A DNA stretch of 64,000 nucleotides, taken from NCBI GenBank assembly GCA_963772835.1, contig CAVYYZ010000002.1, positions 64,001-128,000 of the forward strand. Reading direction: 5' to 3'. Positions 1-10,812 of the stretch are shown one piece after another (positions within the stretch are counted from its first letter, which is position 1; every line of letters starts with the position of its first letter). The DNA comes from an uncultured delta proteobacterium (GTDB taxonomy: Bacteria > Desulfobacterota > Desulfuromonadia > Geobacterales > Pseudopelobacteraceae). The translations under genes and the position numbers were made by a program. The notes beneath the pieces are model-generated. The model made no database searches, was not told the origin of the DNA, and was given only the letters and a program-made list of their open reading frames with translations.

Positions 1-849
1 GATTGCATCAAGCTCCTCCACGATCATCAAGCGGTCAACCATGGCGGCGAACTCGCGTATCTTACGTTCCGGAAGCGGATGTACGAGGCCGAGTTTGAGA
101 ATTGAAGCGTTCGGGTATGCCTCTTTGACATGCTGGTAGGCAACTCCCGAAGTTATGATGCCGAGCCCTTTGTCCCCCATTTCAATGCGGTTGAGCGGCG
201 TGGCCTCGGCAAACTCCACAAGCTTGAGAAGGCGCGCCTCAATCTCGACATGTTTGATCTTGCCGTAGTTGGGGAGCATAACGTATTTCGGTACATTTTT
301 TACCCACGGGCCGATCTTCTGCGCAATTTTTTCCTTCTGCACCACAACTCCCTTGGCGTGCGAAATACGGGTGGTGGTGCGGAGCATGACCGGAGTATCG
401 AACTGTTCAGAGATATCAAAGCCGTCCCTGACGAAATCATAAGCCTCCTGGGAGTTCGACGGATCAAGCATAGGAATTTTGGCAAACTTGGCATAATTGC
501 GACTGTCCTGCTCATTCTGTGAGGAGTGCATACCAGGGTCGTCGGCAACCATCAGGATCAGGCCGGCGTTCACACCGGTGTGGTTGAGAGTCAGCAGCGC
601 ATCAGCGGCGACGTTGACCCCGACATGTTTCATGGTGGCCAGGGTCCTCCCCCCGGCAATCGAGGCACCGATGGCAGATTCCAGGGCAACTTTTTCGTTG
701 GGCGCCCACTCGCAGTAGACCACACCCAGACGGGCCACCTCTTCCAATGTTTCTGTGCTTGGTGTTCCCGGGTAACCGGAGGCAAAGACTCCGCCCGAAT
801 CACCGAAGCTCAAGGCAATCGCCTCATTTCCGGAAATAATTTTCTTCAT
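1..849 (-). CDS. iorA: Indolepyruvate:ferredoxin oxidoreductase alpha subunit (3' end runs off the window)
   Basis: Not in the ORF track. Manual translation from ATG at 849 gives MKKIISGNEAIALSFGDSGGVFASGYPGTPSTETLE, the IorA N-terminal signature (SGNEAIA...GYPGTPSTE). It lies directly after a paaK-like gene, a common pairing. Confidence 0.88.
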   Translation of the reverse strand, partial: MKKIISGNEAIALSFGDSGGVFASGYPGTPSTETLEEVARLGVVYCEWAPNEKVALESAIGASIAGGRTLATMKHVGVNVAADALLTLNHTGVNAGLILMVADDPGMHSSQNEQDSRNYAKFAKIPMLDPSNSQEAYDFVRDGFDISEQFDTPVMLRTTTRISHAKGVVVQKEKIAQKIGPWVKNVPKYVMLPNYGKIKHVEIEARLLKLVEFAEATPLNRIEMGDKGLGIITSGVAYQHVKEAYPNASILKLGLVHPLPERKIREFAAMVDRLMIVEELDAI

Positions 850-888
850 ACGTTTCCTTTCCTTTTGACTGCAGATCCTGGGAGTAAT

Positions 889-2232
889 TTATTTTGGTCT
901 TTTGTCGATGAACCGTTTGGCTTTGCCTTCACTGCGCGGGATCGTCCCCGGCGTGACCAGAGTTACTTTGACTGTTATGCCGACTATATCCTTTATATCC
1001 CGCACCAGATTCCTGACCATACTGCGCGTCTCCACCACATCACTTACAATTTCATGTTTCTTTTCTCTAAAAACATCTTCGACAGATCTAATGACATAAT
1101 TTTCGGTTACTTCAACCAGGACTTCCACTTCATCCATTGACCCCTGGCGATCAACAATCACAAGATAATTGGGGGTAACACCGTGATGCCTGAGAACAAT
1201 CGATTCAATCTGTGAGGGGAAGAAATTGACCCCCCTGATAATCAGCAGGTCATCGGTGCGCCCGGTCAGTTTTTTCATCTTGATCAGGGTGCGACCGCAG
1301 ATACATGGCTCCAGGTTGAGGCTTGTGATATCCCGGGTCCGGTACCTCAGCAGCGGCTGCCCTTCATTTGCAATCGTAGTAAAGACCAGCTCCCCTTCTT
1401 CGCCGACCGGGAGCTGTTCACCGGTTTCCGGATTGATTATTTCGGGATAGAAAAAGTCTTCATTGATATGCAGACCGTTCCTGGCTTCATGGCACTCACA
1501 CGACACGCCCGGCCCGATTATTTCAGAAAGGCCATAGATATCGCAGGCCTTGAGTCCGAAACCTTCCTGGATTTTTTCACGCATCGACTCGGTCCAGAAT
1601 TCGGCGCCCAAAACGGCGGTACGAAGTTTCAGCTTTGTGAAATCAACCCCCATACCGGTACCGACTTCATGGATATGCATCAGAAAGGAAGGGGTAACCG
1701 TAAGAGCGGTAGTGCCAAAATCCTGCATCAGCATGATTTGCTTCTGGGTGTTGCCGCCGGAAATCGGGATGACAGACGCACCGGTCCGGATTCCGCCGTA
1801 GTGCGCACCCAGCCCGCCGGTAAAGAGGCCATAGCCGTAGATATTCTGAAGAACATCATTCTTGCCGATACCGGATCCGGTCAAGGCCCTGGCCATGACT
1901 TCGGACCAGGTTTCGATGTCGTTTCTCGTGTATCCGACAACGATTGGTTTCCCGGTGGTTCCGGAGGTCGCGTGATATTCCACGACATCCTCCTGGGAGG
2001 CGGTAAAAAGGTTGAATGGATAGTTATCCCTGAGGTCGTCCTTGACGGTAAAGGGAAGGCGCCTGATATCATCGAGCGACTTGATGTCAGAAGGTTTGAC
2101 CCCGGCAGCATCAAGTTTCCTTTTGTAGACCGGGTTCCTGTCGTACACATAGCCGACTGTCTTCTGCAGCCTGCCAAGCTGAATGCTCTGCATCTCGCTA
2201 CGACTGCATGTCTCAACTTTGTTCCATATCAT
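889..2232 (-). CDS. paaK: Phenylacetate-CoA ligase family protein
   Basis: Motifs [44 protein letters not shown] and RSEGKAKR. Start taken at MIWNK (2232). Confidence 0.88.
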   Translation of the reverse strand: MIWNKVETCSRSEMQSIQLGRLQKTVGYVYDRNPVYKRKLDAAGVKPSDIKSLDDIRRLPFTVKDDLRDNYPFNLFTASQEDVVEYHATSGTTGKPIVVGYTRNDIETWSEVMARALTGSGIGKNDVLQNIYGYGLFTGGLGAHYGGIRTGASVIPISGGNTQKQIMLMQDFGTTALTVTPSFLMHIHEVGTGMGVDFTKLKLRTAVLGAEFWTESMREKIQEGFGLKACDIYGLSEIIGPGVSCECHEARNGLHINEDFFYPEIINPETGEQLPVGEEGELVFTTIANEGQPLLRYRTRDITSLNLEPCICGRTLIKMKKLTGRTDDLLIIRGVNFFPSQIESIVLRHHGVTPNYLVIVDRQGSMDEVEVLVEVTENYVIRSVEDVFREKKHEIVSDVVETRSMVRNLVRDIKDIVGITVKVTLVTPGTIPRSEGKAKRFIDKRPK

Positions 2233-2282
2233 GGTCGCCCCCCGCTTTCGTATGATTCCAGCTAGTAACATAGAGAATTCAG

Positions 2283-3596
2283 TTACAAATAATTCAGCTC
2301 TCTGGCCTGTCTGGTGATTTCCTCCCGGAAACGGGGATCGGAAATGTGTATGAGCGCCTGCGTCCTCTGGCGGACTGTTTTACCGTACAATTCTGCCACG
2401 CCGAACTCCGTGACAACAAAGTGCACATGGTTGCGGCTTGTCACCACACCTGCCCCCTGTTTCAGCATCGGCACAATTTTACTGATAACGGTTCCGTCAC
2501 GCAACTCTGCAGAGCTCGGCATGGCGATAATCGGCACGCCGCCTTTGGAGCGGGATGCACCATAAATGAAGTCCAACTGTCCCCCCACCGACGAATACAT
2601 CTTCGGACCGATGCTGTCGGCGCAGACCTGGCCGGTAAGATCGACTTCGATTGCCGAATTGATCGCCACCATACGGTCGTTCTGTGCAATCACAAACGGA
2701 TCGTTGACATACTCGGTGCGGTGAAGTTCAACCAGCGGATTATTGTCTACCCAGTCATACAATCGTTTTGTACCGAGGAGGAACCCCGCCACAATCTTGC
2801 CGGGATGGAGGCTTTTACGTGCATTCGTCAACACACCAGCTTCCACCAGATCAATAACCCCGTCTGAAATCAGTTCGGAATGGATGCCCAGATCTTTCTT
2901 GTTCAGCAGATACTTGAGTACTGCATTGGGAATGGCCCCGATCCCCAGCTGCATGGTGGCGCCGTCCGGAACCAGTCCGGCGATGTGGGCCGCAATCCTT
3001 TCAACCACATCAACGTCGATATCGTCACTCATAGCCATCTCTGTCAGCGGGCAATTTACCTGTACGATATGATGCATACGGTCGACATGCATCAGGGTGT
3101 CACCCAAAGTCCTCGGCATCTGCTCATTGACCTGGGCAATAACCGTCTTCGCGACTTCCGCTGCTGAAATAGTGAGGCCGGATTCAGCTCCCATTGAGCA
3201 GAATCCATGGTGGTCGGGGGGCGATACATGAATGAAAGCGACATCAAGCGGAAGGTGGCCGTTTTTGAACAGCAGTGGAAATTCGGACAGCATGACGGGT
3301 GTGAAATCAGCACGTCCTTCGTTTACGGCCTTGCGAACGTTTGCGCTTATAAACATCGAGTTCACACGCAGGTGCCCCTCCATTTCGGGGGAAACATAGT
3401 CAGAAGGACAGATGGCGAGCGGATGACAGATCTCAACATTTTTCAGTTCCGGCGCCCGCTTTACCAGCGCTGCCAGCAGCAGCATCGGCACCGAGGCATT
3501 ACCGGTCAGAAATATCCGGTCTCCGGATTTGATCGCCTTCACAGCCTCATCCGGCGTCGTCATACGGGACTGATAGCTTGTTTGCCAGTTCATCAT
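2283..3596 (-). CDS. Acetyl-CoA hydrolase/transferase family CoA-transferase (4-hydroxybutyrate CoA-transferase-like)
   Basis: [14 protein letters not shown] (catalytic Glu), [13 protein letters not shown] and GGQLDF motifs. Start at MMNWQ. Confidence 0.85.
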   Translation of the reverse strand: MMNWQTSYQSRMTTPDEAVKAIKSGDRIFLTGNASVPMLLLAALVKRAPELKNVEICHPLAICPSDYVSPEMEGHLRVNSMFISANVRKAVNEGRADFTPVMLSEFPLLFKNGHLPLDVAFIHVSPPDHHGFCSMGAESGLTISAAEVAKTVIAQVNEQMPRTLGDTLMHVDRMHHIVQVNCPLTEMAMSDDIDVDVVERIAAHIAGLVPDGATMQLGIGAIPNAVLKYLLNKKDLGIHSELISDGVIDLVEAGVLTNARKSLHPGKIVAGFLLGTKRLYDWVDNNPLVELHRTEYVNDPFVIAQNDRMVAINSAIEVDLTGQVCADSIGPKMYSSVGGQLDFIYGASRSKGGVPIIAMPSSAELRDGTVISKIVPMLKQGAGVVTSRNHVHFVVTEFGVAELYGKTVRQRTQALIHISDPRFREEITRQARELNYL

Positions 3597-3660
3597 GGAC
3601 TCACCTTTGTATTGTTTTGATCTCTCTCCTCCGGAGGGAGATGGCAGCAGCAGTTCAATC

Positions 3661-5748
3661 TTAAATCCTGATCCTGCCGTCAACAGCATATACAGCATCA
3701 GAGAAAGCCATGATCGGATTCATATCCATTTCCTGAATCATCGGAAGATCCGTCAGCAGTTGAGAAACGCGCTGGATAAGGTTGATCACCGCATCCCTGT
3801 CGATCCCCTTTTCGCCCCTGACGCCATCCAGAAGAGCAGCGGTTTTAATGCCCGAAAGCATCTCACCGGCTTCCAGACGAGTCACCGGTGCAATCTTGAA
3901 GACAACGTCTTTCAGCACCTCTACATAAATGCCGCCCAGACCGAACATTACCAGATGCCCCAATTCCCGCTCGGCGGCGGCACCGATGATCAGTTCGCGC
4001 CCTCCGGGGAGAAATTTCTGAACAAAGAAACGGAGTGCACCGAAACTGCCGAGCCGGTTCTGCATATCTTCAACCGTTGTGCGGACCGCTGCGGCATCCT
4101 TCAGATTGACGGCGACGCCGCCCATATCGCTTTTGTGATCAATCCCGGCACAGTCGACCTTCACTACAACCGGAAAACCGATCTTTTCAGCCGCAGCGGC
4201 GGCTTCATCAGCGCCTTCGACAACTGCCCACCCCGCAACCGGGATACCATACGCCTCAAAGATTGTATATACATCGGCTGCGGAAAGAACGCTGCGCCCC
4301 TCAGCCTGTGCCTGTTCAACAATCGCAACAGCCTGTGCGGTGTCGACCCCGGGAAAGCTCTCAGCCTGACCGATGTCGCGCTGTTTGACACGGCCGTAGG
4401 CGGCAAGGGCACCCAGTGCCTTGGCGGCATCGGTCGGATTGGCATAGATAGGCACCTTTCCCGCCTTGAGAATGTCCCTGGTTTTCTGAAAACGTTCCAG
4501 ACTGAGATTGGTCATAAAGTTGCAGACTATCGGCTTTTTACCTAACCGGTTGACGGCCACGATCTCATGGGCGACGGCATCGGTGTCGGTGAACGGAGCG
4601 GTGACAAAATTGATGAAGATACTGTCGACCAGCTCCTCATCCATCATTACGTCCATGGCTGCCCGGAACTGGGGACCTCCTGCCGTGGCGACGACATCGA
4701 TCGGATTCTCCAGAGCCGCTTCCGGGAACTGGGTCTCTTTAAGTCGTGCAATTGATTTTTCGGAGAGTTTCGGAACATCCAGCCCGCAGGAAACCAGGAC
4801 ATCAGTGGCAATAACCGCCGGACCGCCGGTATTGGTGATGACCCCGACCCGGTTGCCGGCCGGAATCGGCTGTGATGAAAAGGCCATGGCCGCACGTACC
4901 ATTTCGCCCTCATCGGTAAAGGGAAGGATGCCGATCTTTTCAAAGATCAATTCGGTGGCGATATCGACTCCGGCCAGAGAACCGGTGTGAGAGGAGGCCG
5001 CCTTGGCTCCCTGCAGGGTGCGGCCTGCCTTCATAGCCAGAATCGGCTTCCTGGCCGCCACGTCGCGGGCCGATTCAAGAAAGTCCCGCGGATCGGAAAA
5101 ACCTTCGGTGTAAAGGATAATGGCCCTGGTTTCCTGATCATCGCCGTAGTAACGGATAATCTCTGGAATTGAGACGTCGCAGGCATTACCGTTTGATGCA
5201 TACAGCCGCTGGCCGATGCCGAGATCGTCAAGCGCCTGCATGATCAGGGCGCCAACACCTCCGCTGAGCGCAACCACCGATATATGACCCGGTTCCGGAT
5301 AGGTGAAGGTGAAGTTGCAGTACGCGTTCAGGGCAGGATCGCTGTTGATGATACCCTGGCAGTTGGGTCCGAAGAGCCGGACACCGTACTCCCTGGCATT
5401 GGCGAGAAACTCCTGCTGGAGCCGGTCACCCTCCTCCCCCATTTCACTGAATCCGGCCGAGTTGATGATGACCGCCTTGATTCCCTTCTGGCCGCACTCG
5501 ATGATCGCCTGCGGGACCATCGGAGCGGGAATGATGATATGGGCAAGATCAATTTCCCCGGGGACTTCTGCCAGTGAACCGTAGGCTTTTATGCCCCGGA
5601 CTTCCGGAGCGGACGGATTAATAGGGTAAATCGGGCCGGTGTAGCCGTAGGTCTGAAGATTTTTGATGATGACATTGCCTATGGAGAGCTCTTTGGTGGA
5701 AGCACCCACAATCGCAATCGCCCGTGGCTTAAAAAGTGAATCCAGCAT
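3661..5748 (-). CDS. ADP-forming acyl-CoA synthetase, fused alpha-beta (acetate-CoA ligase family)
   Basis: CoA-binding N-terminus (AIVGAS), GPNCQG, phospho-His motif SHTGSLAG, C-terminal ATP-grasp domain (HKSDMGGV, DMNPI). No GNAT domain. Confidence 0.87.
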   Translation of the reverse strand: MLDSLFKPRAIAIVGASTKELSIGNVIIKNLQTYGYTGPIYPINPSAPEVRGIKAYGSLAEVPGEIDLAHIIIPAPMVPQAIIECGQKGIKAVIINSAGFSEMGEEGDRLQQEFLANAREYGVRLFGPNCQGIINSDPALNAYCNFTFTYPEPGHISVVALSGGVGALIMQALDDLGIGQRLYASNGNACDVSIPEIIRYYGDDQETRAIILYTEGFSDPRDFLESARDVAARKPILAMKAGRTLQGAKAASSHTGSLAGVDIATELIFEKIGILPFTDEGEMVRAAMAFSSQPIPAGNRVGVITNTGGPAVIATDVLVSCGLDVPKLSEKSIARLKETQFPEAALENPIDVVATAGGPQFRAAMDVMMDEELVDSIFINFVTAPFTDTDAVAHEIVAVNRLGKKPIVCNFMTNLSLERFQKTRDILKAGKVPIYANPTDAAKALGALAAYGRVKQRDIGQAESFPGVDTAQAVAIVEQAQAEGRSVLSAADVYTIFEAYGIPVAGWAVVEGADEAAAAAEKIGFPVVVKVDCAGIDHKSDMGGVAVNLKDAAAVRTTVEDMQNRLGSFGALRFFVQKFLPGGRELIIGAAAERELGHLVMFGLGGIYVEVLKDVVFKIAPVTRLEAGEMLSGIKTAALLDGVRGEKGIDRDAVINLIQRVSQLLTDLPMIQEMDMNPIMAFSDAVYAVDGRIRI

Positions 5749-5749
5749 C

Positions 5750-6997
5750 TTATTTCCCCTCCTCAAGCTGTTCAATGAAGGCTTCTATGTTGGTTTTCGT
5801 CTGCTCGTCGGAAATGCAGCGCAGATCATTCAGGTCACCGGAGATAACCAGACTGGGGATGCCGGTTTCCGCCTCAATGCGCTGCGGCATGCCATAGCGG
5901 TTGTTCGAGTTGTACGGGCAGGTCTTGGCATCGTGGTAAATAATGCCGTCAATATGGAACTTCTCCAGCATCTCCTTGATATACCCCCCCTTGTATTCAT
6001 CCGAGCGGACTATGAAGAGTTCGAGGTAGGCCTTGGCCATACTCCGGATCGGATCACTGCCGTCAAACGCCGGGAAAATCCAGCTGCTGCAGTAGGTGGA
6101 CGCAATCACAGTGGCGTGAAAACCGGAAAAGAGTTCAGAATGCTGCCTGAGACGGCCCCACACCGGCATTCCTTCCCAATAGATCCGAACCGATTCGCCA
6201 TCGACAGCACCCACCCCGTCAGCAATTCTCTGTTCCAGTTCGGCCAGCAGCAGCGTGTAGTATTCGACCGCCTCGCGGGTGCCCCGTAATACGACGGCAG
6301 GTCCCATGTGGATGGTGCCGTCAAAGAAGGAAAGCGGGGCCGGTGAAGCGGTAGCGGTTTCCAGCACTTTTTTCCAGAGTTCGGTACACTCGCGGGAAAG
6401 CGAGACGACCTCTTTCAACCGCTCCATGTCGAGCGTCGTGCCGGATATCCTCTCCAGAGTCGGGATCAGCGCCTCGATCTGCTTGGCGACGTCCGAGATA
6501 TGTGCCTCGGTCACCTCATTGACGTTCTTCGGAGAGGTGATGCCGAGTGCCGGCACGCCCAGCTCCTTTGAATACCAGGCGAACCAGTCCTGAACATCGC
6601 GGCACTGGTTGGTATTATAGACCAGCACATCGGGCCTGGGCACCGATTCAATGCCGGGATAGGCCTTTGCCAGAGGGGTGAACCCTTTCAGGTATGCTCC
6701 GATGTCGGCAGTCAGGTACGAGCAGATGTCGGGTGAATAGCCGATGGCATTCGCTTCGGGGATAAGATCGGTGGACGTGCGTGTTGCTCCGAGCATGGCG
6801 GCATGATTTTCCGGAAAGTGAACGGCAAAACCGAGGGCACGCAGCAGTTCAGCCGGGCCGACGCTGGTGCACCAGGCCACTTTTCTGCTATCGCTTTTTG
6901 CGGCTGCATCCAGATCATAGAAATAATCCGACATGAGCCTGTTCATCTGATCGGTTGCCTGAATCTTCTTTCGGACAATTTTCTTTTCTTCGGCCAT
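5750..6997 (-). CDS. 2-hydroxyacyl-CoA dehydratase / class I benzoyl-CoA reductase family subunit (HgdA/BcrB-like)
   Basis: FPENHAA, GYSPDICSY, TNQC and DAKTC motifs and the C-terminal TNIEAFIEQL of the HGD-D family. GGAGGA RBS before the ATG at 6997. Confidence 0.8.
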   Translation of the reverse strand: MAEEKKIVRKKIQATDQMNRLMSDYFYDLDAAAKSDSRKVAWCTSVGPAELLRALGFAVHFPENHAAMLGATRTSTDLIPEANAIGYSPDICSYLTADIGAYLKGFTPLAKAYPGIESVPRPDVLVYNTNQCRDVQDWFAWYSKELGVPALGITSPKNVNEVTEAHISDVAKQIEALIPTLERISGTTLDMERLKEVVSLSRECTELWKKVLETATASPAPLSFFDGTIHMGPAVVLRGTREAVEYYTLLLAELEQRIADGVGAVDGESVRIYWEGMPVWGRLRQHSELFSGFHATVIASTYCSSWIFPAFDGSDPIRSMAKAYLELFIVRSDEYKGGYIKEMLEKFHIDGIIYHDAKTCPYNSNNRYGMPQRIEAETGIPSLVISGDLNDLRCISDEQTKTNIEAFIEQLEEGK

Positions 6998-7031
6998 GGT
7001 TCTTCCTCCGGTTATGGCAGAGAGGGTAACT

Positions 7032-7841
7032 TCAGCTGCAGACATCCGTTTCATCCGGTGACACATTTCCTTCAACTGCGTACAGTGCTGCCCCGACGGC
7101 TCCGGCCAGTTGCGGCATTTCCGGGAGCAGGAGCGGCCGGCCGATCATATCCTCGGCCATCTGAACGATATAGGGGTTGTTTGCAACGACCCCCCCCGTC
7201 ATGACCACCCGTTCGGTCAGTGAATCCATCTCCAGGACTCTCTTGATGACCGAGTAGAATATTCCCTTGACGATATCCGCAACCGGTTTGCCGTTGCGGA
7301 TACTTTCCAATACTTCGGTGGCTGAGAACACCGTACAATAACTACCCAGCTTGATCATGTTTTCCGACCGGCGGGCCAGTTCGTTCATCTCATCAAGCGG
7401 AATATCAAGACGCTGCGACATCTCTTCAAGAAACGCCCCGGTACCGGCAGCGCATTTGCGGTTCATCTTGAAACTGCTCCGGTTTCCGGCAGCACCCAGT
7501 TTGATGATTTTATTATCCTGCCCGCCGATATCGATGATTGTTATCGCCCCGGGAAAGTAGTGGTGGCACCCCTTGGCGAGACATCCGATTTCCGTTTTGG
7601 TCGCTTCGGTCACGAAGGCAACATTGGAGCGGCCGTAACCGGTTGAGACGGCCCTGACAATATCCGTGCGGGCGACTCCGGCCATCTCCAGGGCAACGTC
7701 CAGACAGGCCGCCGCAGTGGCGGTGAAATCGGTGCCGGACTTCTTGACGGCATGGCCGAGCAAGACGCCGGAAGGGTCTATAACTGCGACCTTTGTCCGC
7801 GATGCTCCCATATCAAGCCCGACAAAAACAGGGTGTGTCAT
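7032..7841 (-). CDS. ATP-dependent [4Fe-4S] activator of 2-hydroxyacyl-CoA dehydratase (HgdC/BcrAD-BadFG family)
   Basis: ASKHA motifs GLDMGASRTK, STGYGR, IDIGGQDNK, MNRKCAAGTG, CTVF and TGGV. Confidence 0.87.
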   Translation of the reverse strand: MTHPVFVGLDMGASRTKVAVIDPSGVLLGHAVKKSGTDFTATAAACLDVALEMAGVARTDIVRAVSTGYGRSNVAFVTEATKTEIGCLAKGCHHYFPGAITIIDIGGQDNKIIKLGAAGNRSSFKMNRKCAAGTGAFLEEMSQRLDIPLDEMNELARRSENMIKLGSYCTVFSATEVLESIRNGKPVADIVKGIFYSVIKRVLEMDSLTERVVMTGGVVANNPYIVQMAEDMIGRPLLLPEMPQLAGAVGAALYAVEGNVSPDETDVCS

Positions 7842-8686
7842 GTCATGCAATCCTTTTCGGCGGGTCGCCGCACGACCGCTTCTATCAGTGAAATGCGATC
7901 TTCTTCTAGATTCAGTACCTGATTATGTGCCATCGACCGGAAGTCGGATCCCAAAAGCAGCTGCAGCCCGTACGACGGAACCCCTTCCAGGCGGATTTTT
8001 TCTCTCTGCTGCCGGAACCATGAGCGGCCGGAATCTGTAACGTCCCGCCATATACATACTTCAAACCCGGTTGCCGAGAGGGTGTTCAACAACTGCTCCG
8101 ATGTCAGCAGGAAACTGATTGAGGGATCTCTCGCCCAGGGGACCGGAAAATGACTCTCTCCACCCGATCCGGCAAGGATGTCGTACAGTGCGAGCCGGCC
8201 ACCCGGCTTCAAAACCCGCCATAATTCATGGTAAAACAGAGGCTTATCCGGAATATTCATCGCCGTGTGCTGCGTCCAGACTATGTCAAACGATCCGTCC
8301 GGAAACGGAAGATTCATCGCGTTGCCCTGCTGAAAGGAAACCAGAGAGTCCAGACCGAGTCGTCTGGTAAGACCGGCTGCAGCGTGACAATAATCCGCAC
8401 TCAGATCGAGTCCGGTTACGCGGCAGCCAAATTCCTTCGCAAGATACCGCGCCGCACCGCCCAGACCGCAGCCGACATCCAACACATGCATGTTTCTGTC
8501 AAGTTCGAGATCACTGGCAAGTCCGATGGTGGCATTCCGGCCACGGATATGAAACTGGTCGATCGGGGCGAGATCCTCTATCGAGAGCCGGTCGAGATCC
8601 TTCCCGGCAGCAACAATGGCATCCAGGATCGTCGTCTCCAGAGCCTGTTGCGTATAGTGGTCACATACCCTGTCGGAAACGTGCAT
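7838..8686 (-). CDS. Class I SAM-dependent methyltransferase (sarcosine/dimethylglycine N-methyltransferase-like)
   Basis: VLDVGCGLGG motif I, LPFPDGSFD and RVLKPGG. Confidence 0.8.
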   Translation of the reverse strand: MHVSDRVCDHYTQQALETTILDAIVAAGKDLDRLSIEDLAPIDQFHIRGRNATIGLASDLELDRNMHVLDVGCGLGGAARYLAKEFGCRVTGLDLSADYCHAAAGLTRRLGLDSLVSFQQGNAMNLPFPDGSFDIVWTQHTAMNIPDKPLFYHELWRVLKPGGRLALYDILAGSGGESHFPVPWARDPSISFLLTSEQLLNTLSATGFEVCIWRDVTDSGRSWFRQQREKIRLEGVPSYGLQLLLGSDFRSMAHNQVLNLEEDRISLIEAVVRRPAEKDCMT

Positions 8687-8708
8687 AGCGCCGGAACTCC
8701 CTGTGAGA

Positions 8709-10784
8709 TCAGTCGATAGTTAAAAGGAGCTGACCGATATCAACGGCATTCCCTTCCTGAATAAGAATCCGGCCGATGATCCCGTCCTTATCGGCAAAGA
8801 TCTCGTTTTCCATCTTCATCGCCTCAAGAATCAACAACAGATCACCCTCCTGAACCCTCTGTCCGGCGGTAACTTCTATCTTCCAGATATTTCCGGCCAG
8901 CGGGGCGACAACCCCGTTTTTCGGAGGAGTACCGACGGTAGCAACCGGTACGGCAGGGGGCGCTGCAGATTCAGCAGATTCTCCCAGCAGCGTAACAAGC
9001 GGCTGACCGATGACGACCGCATGTCCCTCTTCGATATGAATTGTGCCGACGATGCCGTCACGATAAGCGAAAATTTCGTTTTCCATCTTCATCGCTTCGA
9101 GAATCAGGAGGAGGTCCCCCTCCTGGACCGACTGTCCCGGTTCCACCTCAATCTTCCAGACGTTGCCCGCCAGCGGTGAGACGATGTCGTCGTGTGAAAC
9201 CGTTGAAACCACCGGTGCTCCGGGCTGGGACCCGGCTGCTGCTGACGCTGCAGCGGCTGCCGCCGCAGCCGCGCCGGTCGCCTTGGCGACCTGCACCACG
9301 AATGTCTGGCCACCGCCAGTAACGGTGAAGAGTTCGCCGCCACTTGCTGCGGGTGCTGCCGGAGCTGCTTTGGTCGGTGTCTCCTCGCCGTTCGGTACCG
9401 GCTCGAACATGGAGGGATTGTCCCGGTGCTCGAGAAACTTGAGCCCCACCTGCTGAAAAAGGGCGTAGGTGAGAACATCCTCCACCTCGTGGTCTCCCGG
9501 TTTAATACCTTTTTCGGCCGCAATGCCGCGCAGTTCGGCGGTGAGCTTATCCATCTCCGCTTCGATCAGGTCGGCCGGACGGCAGGTAATGGGTTCGGCC
9601 CCGGCCAGAACCTTCAGCTGCAGTTCCCTGTTGACCGGTGCTGACGTCGCGCCATATTCGCCCTTGAGAACGGCTGCTGTCTCCTTGGTCATGGATTTAT
9701 AGCGTTCGCCGGTCAGGATGTTGATGACCGCCTGACTGCCGACAATCTGCGAAGTGGGGGTAACGAGCGGAATGTAGCCGAGATCCTTGCGCACCCGGGG
9801 GATTTCCGCAAGAACCAGATCCATCTTGTGTCCGGCGTTCTGCTCCTTCAGCTGGCTTTCCATGTTGGTCAGCATTCCGCCCGGAACCTGGGCCAGGATG
9901 ATGCGGGCATCGATCCCTTTGAGGGATCCTTCAAACTTGGCATATTTCTTCCTCACGACCGTGAAGTAGTCGGCGATCTCCTGCAGCAGCACCATGTCGA
10001 GACCGGTGGGGGTATCGGTGTCGTTCATAATGGCCACCAGGGCTTCCGTTGCCGAGTGCCCGTAGGTCATACTCATGGAGGAGATGGAGGTATCAACATT
10101 TTCCACGCCCGCCTCAATTGCCTTGATGTAGGTGGCTGTGGACATGCCGGTGGTTGCGTGGCACTGCATGTGGATCGGGATATTAATCGCCTTCTTGAGC
10201 TTTTTAACCAGTTCATAGGCAACGTAGGGGGAAAGGAGACCGGCCATATCCTTGATACAGAGCGAGTGCGACCCCATATCTTCGATGCGTCTGGCCAGAT
10301 CGACCCACTTGGGGATCGTATCGACAGGGCTGACCGTGTAGGACATGGTCCCCTGGGCGTGTTTGTCCTGCTTGATGACCGCCTTGATAGCGGTTTCAAG
10401 GTTGCGCGGGTCGTTCATGGCGTCAAACACCCGGAAAACGTCGATGCCGTTGACCGCCGCCCGTTCCACGAATTTCTCCACCACATCGTCGGCATAATGA
10501 CGGTACCCAAGGATATTCTGCCCTCGGAACAGCATTTGCTGCGGCGTTCTCGGCATCGCCTTCTTCAGCTCCCGGAGGCGTACCCAGGGATCTTCGCCGA
10601 GGAAGCGGATGCAGGAGTCAAAGGTGGCTCCTCCCCACATTTCGATGGACCAGTAACCGACCTGGTCGAGTTTGTCACAGATAGGCAGCATGTCGTCAAG
10701 ACGGAGACGGGTGGCGAAGAGGGATTGGTGGGCGTCCCGCAGTACGACTTCGGTGAGGCCGAGTGGTTTTTTATGCTTGCTCAT
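8709..10784 (-). CDS. oadA: Pyruvate/oxaloacetate carboxyltransferase (OadA/PycB-like) with two C-terminal biotinyl domains
   Basis: [30 protein letters not shown] and LVTPTSQ motifs. Ala/Pro linker followed by two [11 protein letters not shown] biotinylation motifs. Confidence 0.85.
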   Translation of the reverse strand: MSKHKKPLGLTEVVLRDAHQSLFATRLRLDDMLPICDKLDQVGYWSIEMWGGATFDSCIRFLGEDPWVRLRELKKAMPRTPQQMLFRGQNILGYRHYADDVVEKFVERAAVNGIDVFRVFDAMNDPRNLETAIKAVIKQDKHAQGTMSYTVSPVDTIPKWVDLARRIEDMGSHSLCIKDMAGLLSPYVAYELVKKLKKAINIPIHMQCHATTGMSTATYIKAIEAGVENVDTSISSMSMTYGHSATEALVAIMNDTDTPTGLDMVLLQEIADYFTVVRKKYAKFEGSLKGIDARIILAQVPGGMLTNMESQLKEQNAGHKMDLVLAEIPRVRKDLGYIPLVTPTSQIVGSQAVINILTGERYKSMTKETAAVLKGEYGATSAPVNRELQLKVLAGAEPITCRPADLIEAEMDKLTAELRGIAAEKGIKPGDHEVEDVLTYALFQQVGLKFLEHRDNPSMFEPVPNGEETPTKAAPAAPAASGGELFTVTGGGQTFVVQVAKATGAAAAAAAAASAAAGSQPGAPVVSTVSHDDIVSPLAGNVWKIEVEPGQSVQEGDLLLILEAMKMENEIFAYRDGIVGTIHIEEGHAVVIGQPLVTLLGESAESAAPPAVPVATVGTPPKNGVVAPLAGNIWKIEVTAGQRVQEGDLLLILEAMKMENEIFADKDGIIGRILIQEGNAVDIGQLLLTID

Positions 10785-10812
10785 GAACAACTCCTTTTCA
10801 TCGCTGACGTTT

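Noticed and set aside
130..1140. Plus-strand ORFs at the window start
   Set aside because: The real gene here is minus-strand iorA, missed by the track because it runs off the edge.
5750..7850. Complete class I benzoyl-CoA reductase
   Set aside because: Only two of the four expected subunits are present, so it is reported as an orphan module.
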